Shown: positions 10,341-19,238 of the stretch, one piece after another
Layout: every line of letters starts with the position of its first letter
Position numbering within the stretch: the stretch's first letter is position 1
Assembly: GCA_963699755.1 (NCBI GenBank)
Contig: CAVOVB010000003.1
Span: forward strand, 128,001 to 192,000
Direction of reading: 5' to 3'
DNA from: an uncultured delta proteobacterium
Lineage (GTDB): Bacteria > Myxococcota_A > Polyangia > Polyangiales > Houyiibacteriaceae
DNA: 64,000 nt
Program-made: the position numbers and the translations under genes
Notes under the pieces: model-generated
What the model saw: only the letters and a program-made list of their open reading frames with translations
What the model was told of the DNA's origin: nothing
Database searches by the model: none

Positions 10341-11546
10341 TCATTTTTTCGGCTCTGCCGGGTATCGCAGCACCGCCGTATCGGCCTTTGGCCCATCGGG
10401 CCAGTACACGGTGCGGGTCCGCTCGATGAGGAGCGACTTGTGACGGTCCTCGAGCGCGCCGTCCAGTGTTTTCGTTTCAATCTCGACTTTTGGTGGCGCG
10501 TGGCCTGACCAGAGGCCGACGCTCAGTGTTCCGGAATGCGCGTCGCCTCGAATTCGCACGTAGTCTCCATACGGGTTTCGAATGCGCAGGTCCTTTAGCC
10601 CCCATGCGACTGCGGTGTCGAGCCCGCGCCCTGCGTATCTGGGTCGCTTGGAGTGGACGTAGTGCTCGAGAATCTCGAAGCCAGCATGAAGAGCCGCGGC
10701 ATGAAGTGCGGTGGCAACCTGGCAAACGCCGCCGCCGATCCCGTCTACGACACGGCCACGGGCGATTTCGTTGGCAGGCATGAAGCCGTGCTGAAAGCTG
10801 CGGTCGCCTACGATCTCGTTGAACGACAGCTCTCCGTGAGGTTCGATTACCACGCCATCGAGAGCCTTGGCGGCCTGCTCGATGTTATAGCCTCTGCTCC
10901 ACGAGCGACCCACCTTCCGATAGCTCGACGTGTGATGTCCGAGCCGTTGCGAGAATGTCCCCGGGCGAGCGCCCGCAACGAGCCCTCTGAGAACGGGCTT
11001 GCGTGTGGGCAGCGTGACGACGACTTGCCCGGTTGGAACCGATTGTTTCAGGACTTTGAGCGCACCATGGAGGTCGAGGGTTCTCCGGTTCGCAGGCGGA
11101 TTGCCGTCGCCGTCCTCCGGCGTGATGCTTTCGCGAAGCGCAAAGGTCGTTGCGAGGAGTTGGGCGTGATCCACCTCGGCTGACCAGTACACGGCCTGCA
11201 ACCCGTCGCCCGAGTTTCGATTGCTCGCTCGCACGACGGCGGCGAGGAGCTCGTCGAGCGAGAACCTGGCGCCAAGTTCGGCTCGCGTCTTGCGGTATGG
11301 ACGTCCGTCGACCAGGAGCGTGACCTCGGTGGATTGCCAACGAGCACGATAGATATCGGCCCAGTCTTCGACATGGGAGAGCGGGACTGAGAGCTCGTTG
11401 ATGCGCACCAGATCGATCGCGAGTGCCTCGCTGATGGCCGCCGATCCTCCGATGACCACCAGGGTCAGCACGGCGACGATCAAGCGACGAGCGAGAGCAG
11501 ATCGCCGCCGCTGTCGAGTGAACCGCGTCTGGGCTTTTCGTATCAC
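10341..11546 (-). CDS. VanW-family protein with N-terminal membrane anchor
   Basis: 'R.YNIEQAA.ALDGVVIEP.GELSFNE.VG', 'GGGVCQVATAL', 'HS....Y...GLD.AVAWG.KDL.IRNPY'. Start moved to GTG 11546, downstream of GAGGAG. Confidence 0.85.
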   Translation of the reverse strand: MIRKAQTRFTRQRRRSALARRLIVAVLTLVVIGGSAAISEALAIDLVRINELSVPLSHVEDWADIYRARWQSTEVTLLVDGRPYRKTRAELGARFSLDELLAAVVRASNRNSGDGLQAVYWSAEVDHAQLLATTFALRESITPEDGDGNPPANRRTLDLHGALKVLKQSVPTGQVVVTLPTRKPVLRGLVAGARPGTFSQRLGHHTSSYRKVGRSWSRGYNIEQAAKALDGVVIEPHGELSFNEIVGDRSFQHGFMPANEIARGRVVDGIGGGVCQVATALHAAALHAGFEILEHYVHSKRPRYAGRGLDTAVAWGLKDLRIRNPYGDYVRIRGDAHSGTLSVGLWSGHAPPKVEIETKTLDGALEDRHKSLLIERTRTVYWPDGPKADTAVLRYPAEPKK

Positions 11547-11603
11547 CGTGAAGTACACTCCTCGGAGGCAGTCGGGTACAGGCCGCCCGGTAGAGACTAT
11601 CGC

Positions 11604-13247
11604 GTGAATCAATACGATGTAAGCCGCGTCATCGATCAGTTGCTTCGCCAGCATGAAGCCGGGATCAAGATGTACCTGGTCTGCCGGCTTGGAGGGCCGG
11701 AGCCATTGTCCGACGTCTATGGCAAGTTTCGAGAGGCGCTGGCGCGAGGTTCGTCAACCGAGCTACACAAGGCGCCAAGCTTGCCTGCGTTTGCCTATGC
11801 GGAGGCCCGGCGTGCCGCAATGGGGCAGGGCGAGGGTTCGGAGCCGACCGGCTTCGAGAGGATTCCATGGGTGCCGACCCCCGAGGGCCGGCCGCCGCGC
11901 TACGGTGAGCTGCTCGACCGGCTCCGCGCCGAGCTCCGGGGAGAGCTTGCAGAGGCGCTCGAGCTGCACCATGCCCGCGGTCTGGGCGTCGACGACATCG
12001 CCTACGTCATGGGCGAGAGCTCCGCGGTCGCGGCACAGTACCTCGCCGAAGGGACCCGCATCGTCGGGACTCTCGGAAGGACCCTCGACCCCGAGCCAGC
12101 GGTCGAAACCATGGTCCAGGACGCGTTTAGGCCCCGAACGGAAGCCGACCCCGCCGATGCGCTACGCTTTCATGCAAGGCCGGTACGCTTGATAGAGGGC
12201 GCTCTCATCGGCGGCCGGTTCGCGGTTTCGTCTTCCGCGCAGACCAGCGCCTCGGCGTCCGTCTACCTCGCGAACGACGCGAGCGTTCCAGGGGAATCCG
12301 TCGTCCTCCACCTTCTGCACCGAACCGCTTCGACGACCGCCGCACGCAACGGCATGCTGCGAAAGTTGCGGCTGCTCGAGTCGGTCGTCCACACATCGAT
12401 CGGTCGGATACTCGACTACGGCTGGCATGCCGACCATCTCTGGTATGCGACGCCTTGGTACGAGGGCCACACCCTCGAGCAGCTGACGCTTCAGGGCGTG
12501 CTGACGCCAAGCGAAGCGATCGACATTTTCGCGCCCCTGGCCAGGGCTCTTGCGGCCTTGCACGAGCACGGCGTCGTGCATCGGGAGATCACGAGCCGCA
12601 ACGCATTGATTCTTCGCGTCGGAACGAAGGGAGCATATGAAACACTTCCCATACTGACCGGATTCGATACCTGGCTGCTCGGCGAGGTGTCGGTCGCCGA
12701 AGAACCCCGATCTCTGTCGCCCGAGGTCGCCAAGCGGCTTTCTCGGGGTGACCCATGCGGCGCACCCACGCCGAGTGAGGATGTCTTCGCCCTGGCTCTG
12801 ATGCTCCTACAGGCGCTTGGTCACGGGCCTCGTGCTCCTGCGGACGATCCATGGCCTGCGTTCCTCGCTCGTCGTGCAGAATCGCCGATTCAAGTCGGTG
12901 ATTCCGCGGGGGTAGCACCGTTCGCAAGCTTACTTCAGCGGGCTCTTTCGATGGCGCCCGAGGCTCGACCGAGCGCCGCCAAGCTTGCGGGGGCACTCGA
13001 GCGGGCGAGGCCGGAAGTTGCGGAGAGAAAGGCCCGCCGTCGGCTCTTCGTACCCATCTCGGTGGTCGCCGTCGCCGCTATCTTGCTGCTAGTCACCTAT
13101 TTTGTGCGTCAGTCCCGTCTCCGGCTGATCGATGAAACACTCGAGGCGGCGGACGCCCAGGTCCTCAGCGAAGAGCTCGAAGCGGAGAAGGTCAGAAGCC
13201 GTGAGCTCGAAAGCGAACTGAGCGCGAAGGACAGGCCCGAGCCCTGA
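11604..13247 (+). CDS. ECF-sigma-like N-terminus fused to Ser/Thr pseudokinase, TM helix and coiled coil
   Basis: Hanks fold recognisable (VYLAND, ILDYG, YEGHTL, ALAALHEHGVVHRE, SPE, EDVFAL) but catalytic motifs altered; N-terminal 'EALELHHARGLGVDDIAYVMGES' resembles sigma70 region 4. Confidence 0.75.
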   Translation: MNQYDVSRVIDQLLRQHEAGIKMYLVCRLGGPEPLSDVYGKFREALARGSSTELHKAPSLPAFAYAEARRAAMGQGEGSEPTGFERIPWVPTPEGRPPRYGELLDRLRAELRGELAEALELHHARGLGVDDIAYVMGESSAVAAQYLAEGTRIVGTLGRTLDPEPAVETMVQDAFRPRTEADPADALRFHARPVRLIEGALIGGRFAVSSSAQTSASASVYLANDASVPGESVVLHLLHRTASTTAARNGMLRKLRLLESVVHTSIGRILDYGWHADHLWYATPWYEGHTLEQLTLQGVLTPSEAIDIFAPLARALAALHEHGVVHREITSRNALILRVGTKGAYETLPILTGFDTWLLGEVSVAEEPRSLSPEVAKRLSRGDPCGAPTPSEDVFALALMLLQALGHGPRAPADDPWPAFLARRAESPIQVGDSAGVAPFASLLQRALSMAPEARPSAAKLAGALERARPEVAERKARRRLFVPISVVAVAAILLLVTYFVRQSRLRLIDETLEAADAQVLSEELEAEKVRSRELESELSAKDRPEP

Positions 13248-13249
13248 TT

Positions 13250-14182
13250 CTAGTCGGCGTCGCTCTGGCTCTTTTCGGTTTGAAGGTCGCCGCGCACCTC
13301 GCGCATACCTGCCCACAGCGAATCCTTTGTATAGACGAAGTACGCGCCCGTGAACTCAAGCTCGCGCCTGGCGTCGGACTTGCGGAAGAGGCGCGGGTTG
13401 TCCTCGTTACCATCGGGGGGAAGGTCATTCGCCGCGAGCTGCTCATTGACCAGCAGGCCCTCATCGGTGATTTCGTAGGTCGAGACGAGCTCGAAGCGCC
13501 TGATCCACCCGGACTTCAGGCGGACCTGTTGGGCGCGAGCCAGGCTGATCTCCGCCTCTCCGTCGCATTGATTGTTCGCGTCGCGCATCTCGAGCGGTAC
13601 GAAGCGGCCATCGTGTAGGAGCAGTAGCTTGAGACTGCGGTCGCACTTGCCCGACTCTACACCCGGCCCGCATTCTGCACCCTGAGCGAAGAGGAGATCC
13701 TCCCCGCGAACGGTCTGAAGCTCCACTTGCGTTTGCTCTGGTGGAAGACGTACCGTTCCAATTCCAAGCACGGAATTGGCCCGTTTCGAAGTATGGACGA
13801 GCGCCACCAAGAGCGTGCGGTCCCCGTTGCTGAACTCCTCGACGGGGATGGACAGAAGCCCGAAGCCGTCAGGCAAGGGGTCGACGCTGAGCTCGTCGGG
13901 GCGAATCGGAATGTCCCGCGCCGTGCCCGGCCGGGCAGCCTTCGCGCAGCGCAGCGGAAGCTCGGTGGGTTCGAACGATCGGCCGGTGCAGTCCTGACCG
14001 CGCTGCTCCGCATGGAAGAGGAGGTCGATCCACTCGCCTAACGGAACTTGGTCGACGCTTGCGTACGTCCTCGAAGGACTCTGGCTGCAAACTGCCGGCC
14101 GTGAGCCGAGGGTGTTCGAGGAGCAACCAGCGATCGCCAGGAGCCCGCAAGCGAAGAGAACGATTTCGGTGCTGACTTTCAC
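13250..14182 (-). CDS. Hypothetical lipoprotein, last gene of the tssE-fha operon
   Basis: GTG 14182 overlaps the fha stop (GTGA); signal peptide with lipobox LAIAG-C; several further Cys. Confidence 0.7.
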   Translation of the reverse strand: MKVSTEIVLFACGLLAIAGCSSNTLGSRPAVCSQSPSRTYASVDQVPLGEWIDLLFHAEQRGQDCTGRSFEPTELPLRCAKAARPGTARDIPIRPDELSVDPLPDGFGLLSIPVEEFSNGDRTLLVALVHTSKRANSVLGIGTVRLPPEQTQVELQTVRGEDLLFAQGAECGPGVESGKCDRSLKLLLLHDGRFVPLEMRDANNQCDGEAEISLARAQQVRLKSGWIRRFELVSTYEITDEGLLVNEQLAANDLPPDGNEDNPRLFRKSDARRELEFTGAYFVYTKDSLWAGMREVRGDLQTEKSQSDAD

Positions 14183-15570
14183 TTCGTATCCTGGCTCCCC
14201 ATCAGCGCTAGGTAAGCGCGAATGAACTTTCGCCCAAAGAGCTTTCGGGTGAATCGATCTTCTTCGGTGGTGGATTCGTACGTCCGCTTGTACCGTGACC
14301 AAGCCATGATGGGCGCGATGGGCCAGACCCTCATCAACAGTGAAAGCATTTCCTGGCCTCGCACAGCAATCGCGCTGGAAGTCGAGGAAGAGGTGTTTGC
14401 GCCCGCGGCAGCGATAGAGCTGGGCGAGAAACCCTCCAGGAGCTCCCGCGCCCCTTCTACCGAGGCACCCAGTAGAGCGACTTGATGCAGTGCGAAGCCC
14501 GCAAACGCGCGCCGCAGGTCGTTGAGCCTTTCACTACGGTCGGCGTCGGGCTCCATTAGGTGTGCAATCACCTCATCGAGCGCTTGGGCGCGATCCAATG
14601 CGGAGTCGTCGTAGCTGAGGTGCAAGCCCATCTCTTTTCCGAACTGATCGTAGCCCTTTCGGAGCTCGAGAAACGAGCCTGCAAAGACCTCTAGGATCGC
14701 GCCGATGTGCTCCATCGCGATCGCGGGACTCGTCCGCTGTGGGGAAGAAATCTGCGGGTTGTGAGTGAGGCGCTGCAGCCACTCTTCGATGTCGAAGCAA
14801 CCAGCCATCATTCGGTCCACGCCCATTTCGCTCAGCATCTTTCCGAACTCGGGTTCACGGGTCAGCTGAGGGAACTCGCTTACCATGAAAAACGCGGTCA
14901 TCTCGCGCATGGCAGGCGGCGAAGATTCGATTTTCTGGCGGAGCACACCCAGGCACTGCGTCCAGCTCTGACGGTAGGTGTCGTAGATCGTTTTTGCTGC
15001 CTGCACCGCCATCAGCGGTTCGTCCAGAGTGGCACTCTGCTCGGTTGGGTCCGACGGGGGCGTTGCCGGGACGACCGGCGCAGGCGGAGCCTGCGGACGG
15101 CCCGATGGGCTTGGTGCCGGCATCGCCGGGCTATGCAAGGAGGCGGGCGGTATGCCTCCCGCGAAGGGGGAAGTCCCGGGTGCGCCACCCAGCCCGACTT
15201 GCGGCAGGCTCGTCACAAACTGGGTCTTGATCTTCGGTTTCACGGCCATCCCGGCTTCGGCGCCATCAGTCCATTGGAGCCGGATCTCGAGCGGACCGAT
15301 CGAGAGCTTGGACTGAGGGCCTTGCACTCGAACCGGTGTCCGTTGCGGAACACGCTTGCCGTCCAAATTCGTGCCGTTCGTCGAGCCGAGGTCGACGTAG
15401 ATGATCTCACTCCGGTCGAACTTGATTACCCCATGCCATTGGGAGACGAAGCCGTAGTCGAGCGCAAGATCGTTCAACGCGTTCCGGCCAAGCCGGACGG
15501 GCGCCGTCGGGAACAGGTGGGTCTCCTCCAGCCCTTCTGGGCTTTCACGAAAGCGAACGAGTAGGGCCAT
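14179..15570 (-). CDS. tagH: T6SS-associated FHA-domain protein (Fha/TagH)
   Basis: FHA motifs RLGR, VSQWH, DLGSTNGT; Pro-rich linker; C-terminal 'HQVALL' and 'LFGRKF.RAY' TagH-like motifs. Confidence 0.88.
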   Translation of the reverse strand: MALLVRFRESPEGLEETHLFPTAPVRLGRNALNDLALDYGFVSQWHGVIKFDRSEIIYVDLGSTNGTNLDGKRVPQRTPVRVQGPQSKLSIGPLEIRLQWTDGAEAGMAVKPKIKTQFVTSLPQVGLGGAPGTSPFAGGIPPASLHSPAMPAPSPSGRPQAPPAPVVPATPPSDPTEQSATLDEPLMAVQAAKTIYDTYRQSWTQCLGVLRQKIESSPPAMREMTAFFMVSEFPQLTREPEFGKMLSEMGVDRMMAGCFDIEEWLQRLTHNPQISSPQRTSPAIAMEHIGAILEVFAGSFLELRKGYDQFGKEMGLHLSYDDSALDRAQALDEVIAHLMEPDADRSERLNDLRRAFAGFALHQVALLGASVEGARELLEGFSPSSIAAAGANTSSSTSSAIAVRGQEMLSLLMRVWPIAPIMAWSRYKRTYESTTEEDRFTRKLFGRKFIRAYLALMGSQDTK

Positions 15571-15584
15571 GGTCGGTCGGGAGC

Positions 15585-18194
15585 TTACACCGAGTCGACG
15601 TTTACGCGAAACGAGCCGTCGTCGCCCAGAGAGATGTCGACGCCTCCGACCTTGCCCCCCTTGGACATGACCGAGAGCAGCTCCTTGGCCAGCAGCGGAG
15701 TCAGGCTCCCCCGCATGATGTGATCAACGTTGCGGGCGCCGGTTTCGACCTCCGTGCAGCGCTTGGCGATCTCGTCGATGACTTCGTCGGACACCGTCGG
15801 GCGCACGCCATGGCCCTGCTCGATTCGGTCCCCGAGCTTGTTCAGCTTCAGCGTCGTGATCGATCGTAGCGTGTCTGGATCGAGAGGCCGGAATGCGACC
15901 ACCGTCATGCGACCGACCAGCGCCGGCTTGAAGTGGAGGTTGAGCTCTGGCCGAATGGCCGAGACGACGTCCTCCGGATTCACTTCCTCGTCCGTATCGT
16001 AGATCTGCATGATGCTATCGGTGGCGAGGTTGCTCGTCATGATGATCAAGGTGTTGCGGAAGTTGATCTGACGGCCTTCGCCATCGTTGCAAAAACCCTT
16101 GTCGAAAATCTGATAGAACAGATTCATCACTTGCGGGTCCGCCTTTTCGCATTCGTCCAGGAGCACGACCGAATAGGGACGCTGCCGGACGGCTTCGGTG
16201 AGCAGGCCGCCTTCGCCGTAGCCCACGTATCCCGGTGGTGATCCGATGAGCCGAGAAACCGTGTGCTTCTCGGTGAACTCGGTCATGTTGATCGTCGTGA
16301 CAAAGCGCTCGTGGCCGTAAAGGAAGTCGGTCAATGCGAGCGCGGTCTCCGTCTTGCCGACACCGCTGGGCCCGACGAACAGCATGACACCAATCGGGCT
16401 GTTCGGATCGCCGATGCCGGCATACGATGAACGCACCGCTTCAGCGACGGCAGCGAGGCCGTGATCTTGCCCCTTCACCCGCTCACGAAGGCGGTCTTCG
16501 AGCTCGACGACAACCGGAAGATTGCCGCGTTGCATCTTGCCGAGAGGGACACCCGTCCACGAGGAGACCGTTCGCGCCACCGCCTCTGCCGTCACGTCGA
16601 CGCTGATCAGCGCCTCATCCTCGGTGCGGCCCGTGTCGGTCGTGTCGGGGGCTGCCTCCGATGTTGCCGCATCGGTGTTGCCCTCTTCGAGCTCCTTTCG
16701 GCGTTGAAGAAGCGCGGTCACCTCTTCGCGTTCCTTCTTCCAGCGTTCCGCCAGGGCATCGCGCTCGCCACGGGTGGCGTTGAGCTTCTCCTCTGTCGAA
16801 GTGATTCGAGCTTCGAGGTCTGCGTATCCCTGGCTTTGATCCCGATTCACCGCGGCGAGCTCACGCTCGAGCGCGGCCACTTCTTCGTCGAGCTCGACCA
16901 AGCCTTCGGGCCTTGCCTCGTATTCGACACGGACTCGCGCCGAAGTCGTATCGATCAGATCGACAGCCTTGTCGGGAAGCTGCCGGCCGGAGATGTACCG
17001 ATGCGAGAGCTCCGCAGCAGCGGTCACGGCTTCGTCGAGGATACGAACACCATGGGCTTTTTCGTAGATGCTCTTGAGCCCACGTAGCATCACCGACGTG
17101 TCGTCCGTCGACGGCTCGTCGACCTTCACCGGTTGGAAACGGCGTTCGAGAGCCGCGTCCTTTTCGAAGTACTTCTTGTACTCGGACCAGGTGGTTGCCG
17201 CGACCGTGCGAAGCTCTCCTCGTGCGAGCGCTGGCTTGAGGAGGTTGGCCGCGTCTGACCCTCCTGCCGCGCCTCCTGCGCCGATGAGCGTATGCGCCTC
17301 GTCGATGAAGAGAATCGTCGGTTTTTCGGATCCTTTGATCTCCTCCAGGACGCCCTTGAGGCGGTTCTCGAACTCACCCCGGACGCTCGCGCCGGCTTGA
17401 AGAAGCCCAAGGTCGAGCCCGTAGAGCTCTGCATTTCTGAGATTCTCGGGCACATTGCCGCTTACGATTTGCAGCGCCAGGCCCTCCACCAATGCGGTCT
17501 TTCCGACGCCAGGCTCGCCGACGATGATCGGATTGTTTTTCCGGCGCCTGCACAGGATGTCGATGGCTTGGCGGATCTCTCGGTGCCTCCCAAAAATCGG
17601 GTCGATCTTGCCCGCCCGCGCCTTCTCGGTGAAGTTCTCGCAGAATCGGTCGATCGCGCCCCCTCCACCTACCGCAGCTCGCTTTGTCCCCGCGGGCGTC
17701 TTGCCGATCGGCTCGGCTTCAGGCGCTTCCTTCGAGAGGGAAAGGAGCTCGACGATTTCTTTGCCGAGGGCCTCTGCCGAAATCGCTCGGAGCTCGGGAA
17801 CCTTGGTGGCGAGATAGCGGTCGGGTTCGCGGATCAATTGATAGAGCAGCATTCCGGTGCGAATCGAAGTCTCGCCGTGCTCGACACTTGCCGTGATCCA
17901 GGTGTCTTCCAGCCAGCGAAAGAGAATCGGCGAAAATACGGGACGGGCGGTCGAGCCCGTCGGCGCTCGTCCGAGAGCATCGCGGAGACGTCGGAGAAGC
18001 GACTCCCGATTTTGCGCATACTGGTGCAAGATACCCGACGCTTCTCCGTCGGGATCGGACAGCATCTGTTCCAGCATGTGCTCGACAGTCGCTTCGGCAT
18101 GTTGGGAAGATGCCGCGCGCCCCACGGCAGCGTTGAGCATGCGCTGGGCGGTCGGGGTCATGATTTGAACGAGTCTGGCTGGATCTGTTCGCAC
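15585..18194 (-). CDS. tssH: T6SS AAA+ ATPase ClpV
   Basis: [52 protein letters not shown]; start GTG 18194 after GGAGG. Confidence 0.95.
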   Translation of the reverse strand: MRTDPARLVQIMTPTAQRMLNAAVGRAASSQHAEATVEHMLEQMLSDPDGEASGILHQYAQNRESLLRRLRDALGRAPTGSTARPVFSPILFRWLEDTWITASVEHGETSIRTGMLLYQLIREPDRYLATKVPELRAISAEALGKEIVELLSLSKEAPEAEPIGKTPAGTKRAAVGGGGAIDRFCENFTEKARAGKIDPIFGRHREIRQAIDILCRRRKNNPIIVGEPGVGKTALVEGLALQIVSGNVPENLRNAELYGLDLGLLQAGASVRGEFENRLKGVLEEIKGSEKPTILFIDEAHTLIGAGGAAGGSDAANLLKPALARGELRTVAATTWSEYKKYFEKDAALERRFQPVKVDEPSTDDTSVMLRGLKSIYEKAHGVRILDEAVTAAAELSHRYISGRQLPDKAVDLIDTTSARVRVEYEARPEGLVELDEEVAALERELAAVNRDQSQGYADLEARITSTEEKLNATRGERDALAERWKKEREEVTALLQRRKELEEGNTDAATSEAAPDTTDTGRTEDEALISVDVTAEAVARTVSSWTGVPLGKMQRGNLPVVVELEDRLRERVKGQDHGLAAVAEAVRSSYAGIGDPNSPIGVMLFVGPSGVGKTETALALTDFLYGHERFVTTINMTEFTEKHTVSRLIGSPPGYVGYGEGGLLTEAVRQRPYSVVLLDECEKADPQVMNLFYQIFDKGFCNDGEGRQINFRNTLIIMTSNLATDSIMQIYDTDEEVNPEDVVSAIRPELNLHFKPALVGRMTVVAFRPLDPDTLRSITTLKLNKLGDRIEQGHGVRPTVSDEVIDEIAKRCTEVETGARNVDHIMRGSLTPLLAKELLSVMSKGGKVGGVDISLGDDGSFRVNVDSV

Positions 18195-18212
18195 AGGGGC
18201 CTCCAATGTTGT

Positions 18213-19238
18213 TCATACGAGGGATCGATTGATCCCCGAGATTCTTCCTACGTCCCGCATGATCAGGACCTCGTTCCCGTGAAAGCCGGCGAGGTGCGCC
18301 GCGCCCAGTCGCGAGAAGCCAATTCTCATCGTTTGTGCTGCGCTCTCATGCAGCTCCAGCTCGACGTCGTACTCGAGCGGATCACGGAGAACGAGGCTAA
18401 CGGCTGCTCGCAATCGATCCAATAGAAGCTGACCCTCGGCAAATAGGTCGGCTTGCTCACGCGTCAGGATGCCGAGGCGAATCGCAAACCTCCCGCGCCG
18501 GTCGTATACGCGACGACCCAAGACCGTGAGCTCTCCGAGTGCATGATTTCGCGTCCCCAGCCGGGTATATTGGTCCTCGTCGACCATCAGCCACTGGCCG
18601 GCGAGCTCGCGAATTCGTACCTCGAGGTCAGGGAGCTCGTCGCGGAGAACCGCCAACACAGCCACCCGCAACGCCGCAGCACCCCGGGCACGTTTCGCCA
18701 GGATCGGGATGAGAACCATCAGGTGCCGTGCTTGAAGCGCTAGGTCTGGATCCGGGTGGACACCGGCCAAGCCGAGAAGGCGGAGAAGCCAGGGATCGGA
18801 TGCGTCGGAACGATGTTCCCGCGCGGGATTGAGTCGATTGACGGACCGGTACAGGAGCGAGACCGCGCGGTGATGGAACAGATCGAGGAAGTCGCGTTGG
18901 GTACCCTGCTCGAACGTGTCGACCAACACGCCCTCGGCGATGTACGGCGGGAGCGGCGATGCTGTCCCCGATAGGCCCAAGAACGTCGTCAGCACTTCGA
19001 AGCGGCGAGGGTCTTCCGCGATCTCCACGCTTCGAACATCGGCCGAGTGGAATCCCAAATCGGGGTCGTGCCGGAAGCGAATGCCTTCTCGATTCGGAGG
19101 CCCCTCGCCGCCGAGCGCGCTGGCGCCCACCGTCACACGCTCGAGAAAAGACACCAACCCGAAGAACGAGCGCGGCGCAGCAGCGCGGTACTCCTCCCAG
19201 GTCAAAGCAGTGGCTGGGTTCCTGTCTCTGGCTTCCAT
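18213..19238 (-). CDS. tssG: T6SS baseplate subunit TssG
   Basis: FLGLSGTASPLP.Y and RDFLDLFHHR motifs; ATG 19238 overlaps the end of tssF as usual. Confidence 0.92.
   Translation of the reverse strand: MEARDRNPATALTWEEYRAAAPRSFFGLVSFLERVTVGASALGGEGPPNREGIRFRHDPDLGFHSADVRSVEIAEDPRRFEVLTTFLGLSGTASPLPPYIAEGVLVDTFEQGTQRDFLDLFHHRAVSLLYRSVNRLNPAREHRSDASDPWLLRLLGLAGVHPDPDLALQARHLMVLIPILAKRARGAAALRVAVLAVLRDELPDLEVRIRELAGQWLMVDEDQYTRLGTRNHALGELTVLGRRVYDRRGRFAIRLGILTREQADLFAEGQLLLDRLRAAVSLVLRDPLEYDVELELHESAAQTMRIGFSRLGAAHLAGFHGNEVLIMRDVGRISGINRSLV

Noticed and set aside
10341..11546. vanW as a vancomycin-resistance determinant
   Set aside because: No vanHAX/RS genes nearby; VanW-domain proteins are widespread outside resistance clusters.
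11604..13247. Calling the kinase-fold gene an active PpkA
   Set aside because: Gly loop, catalytic Lys, HRD Asp and DFG are all missing.
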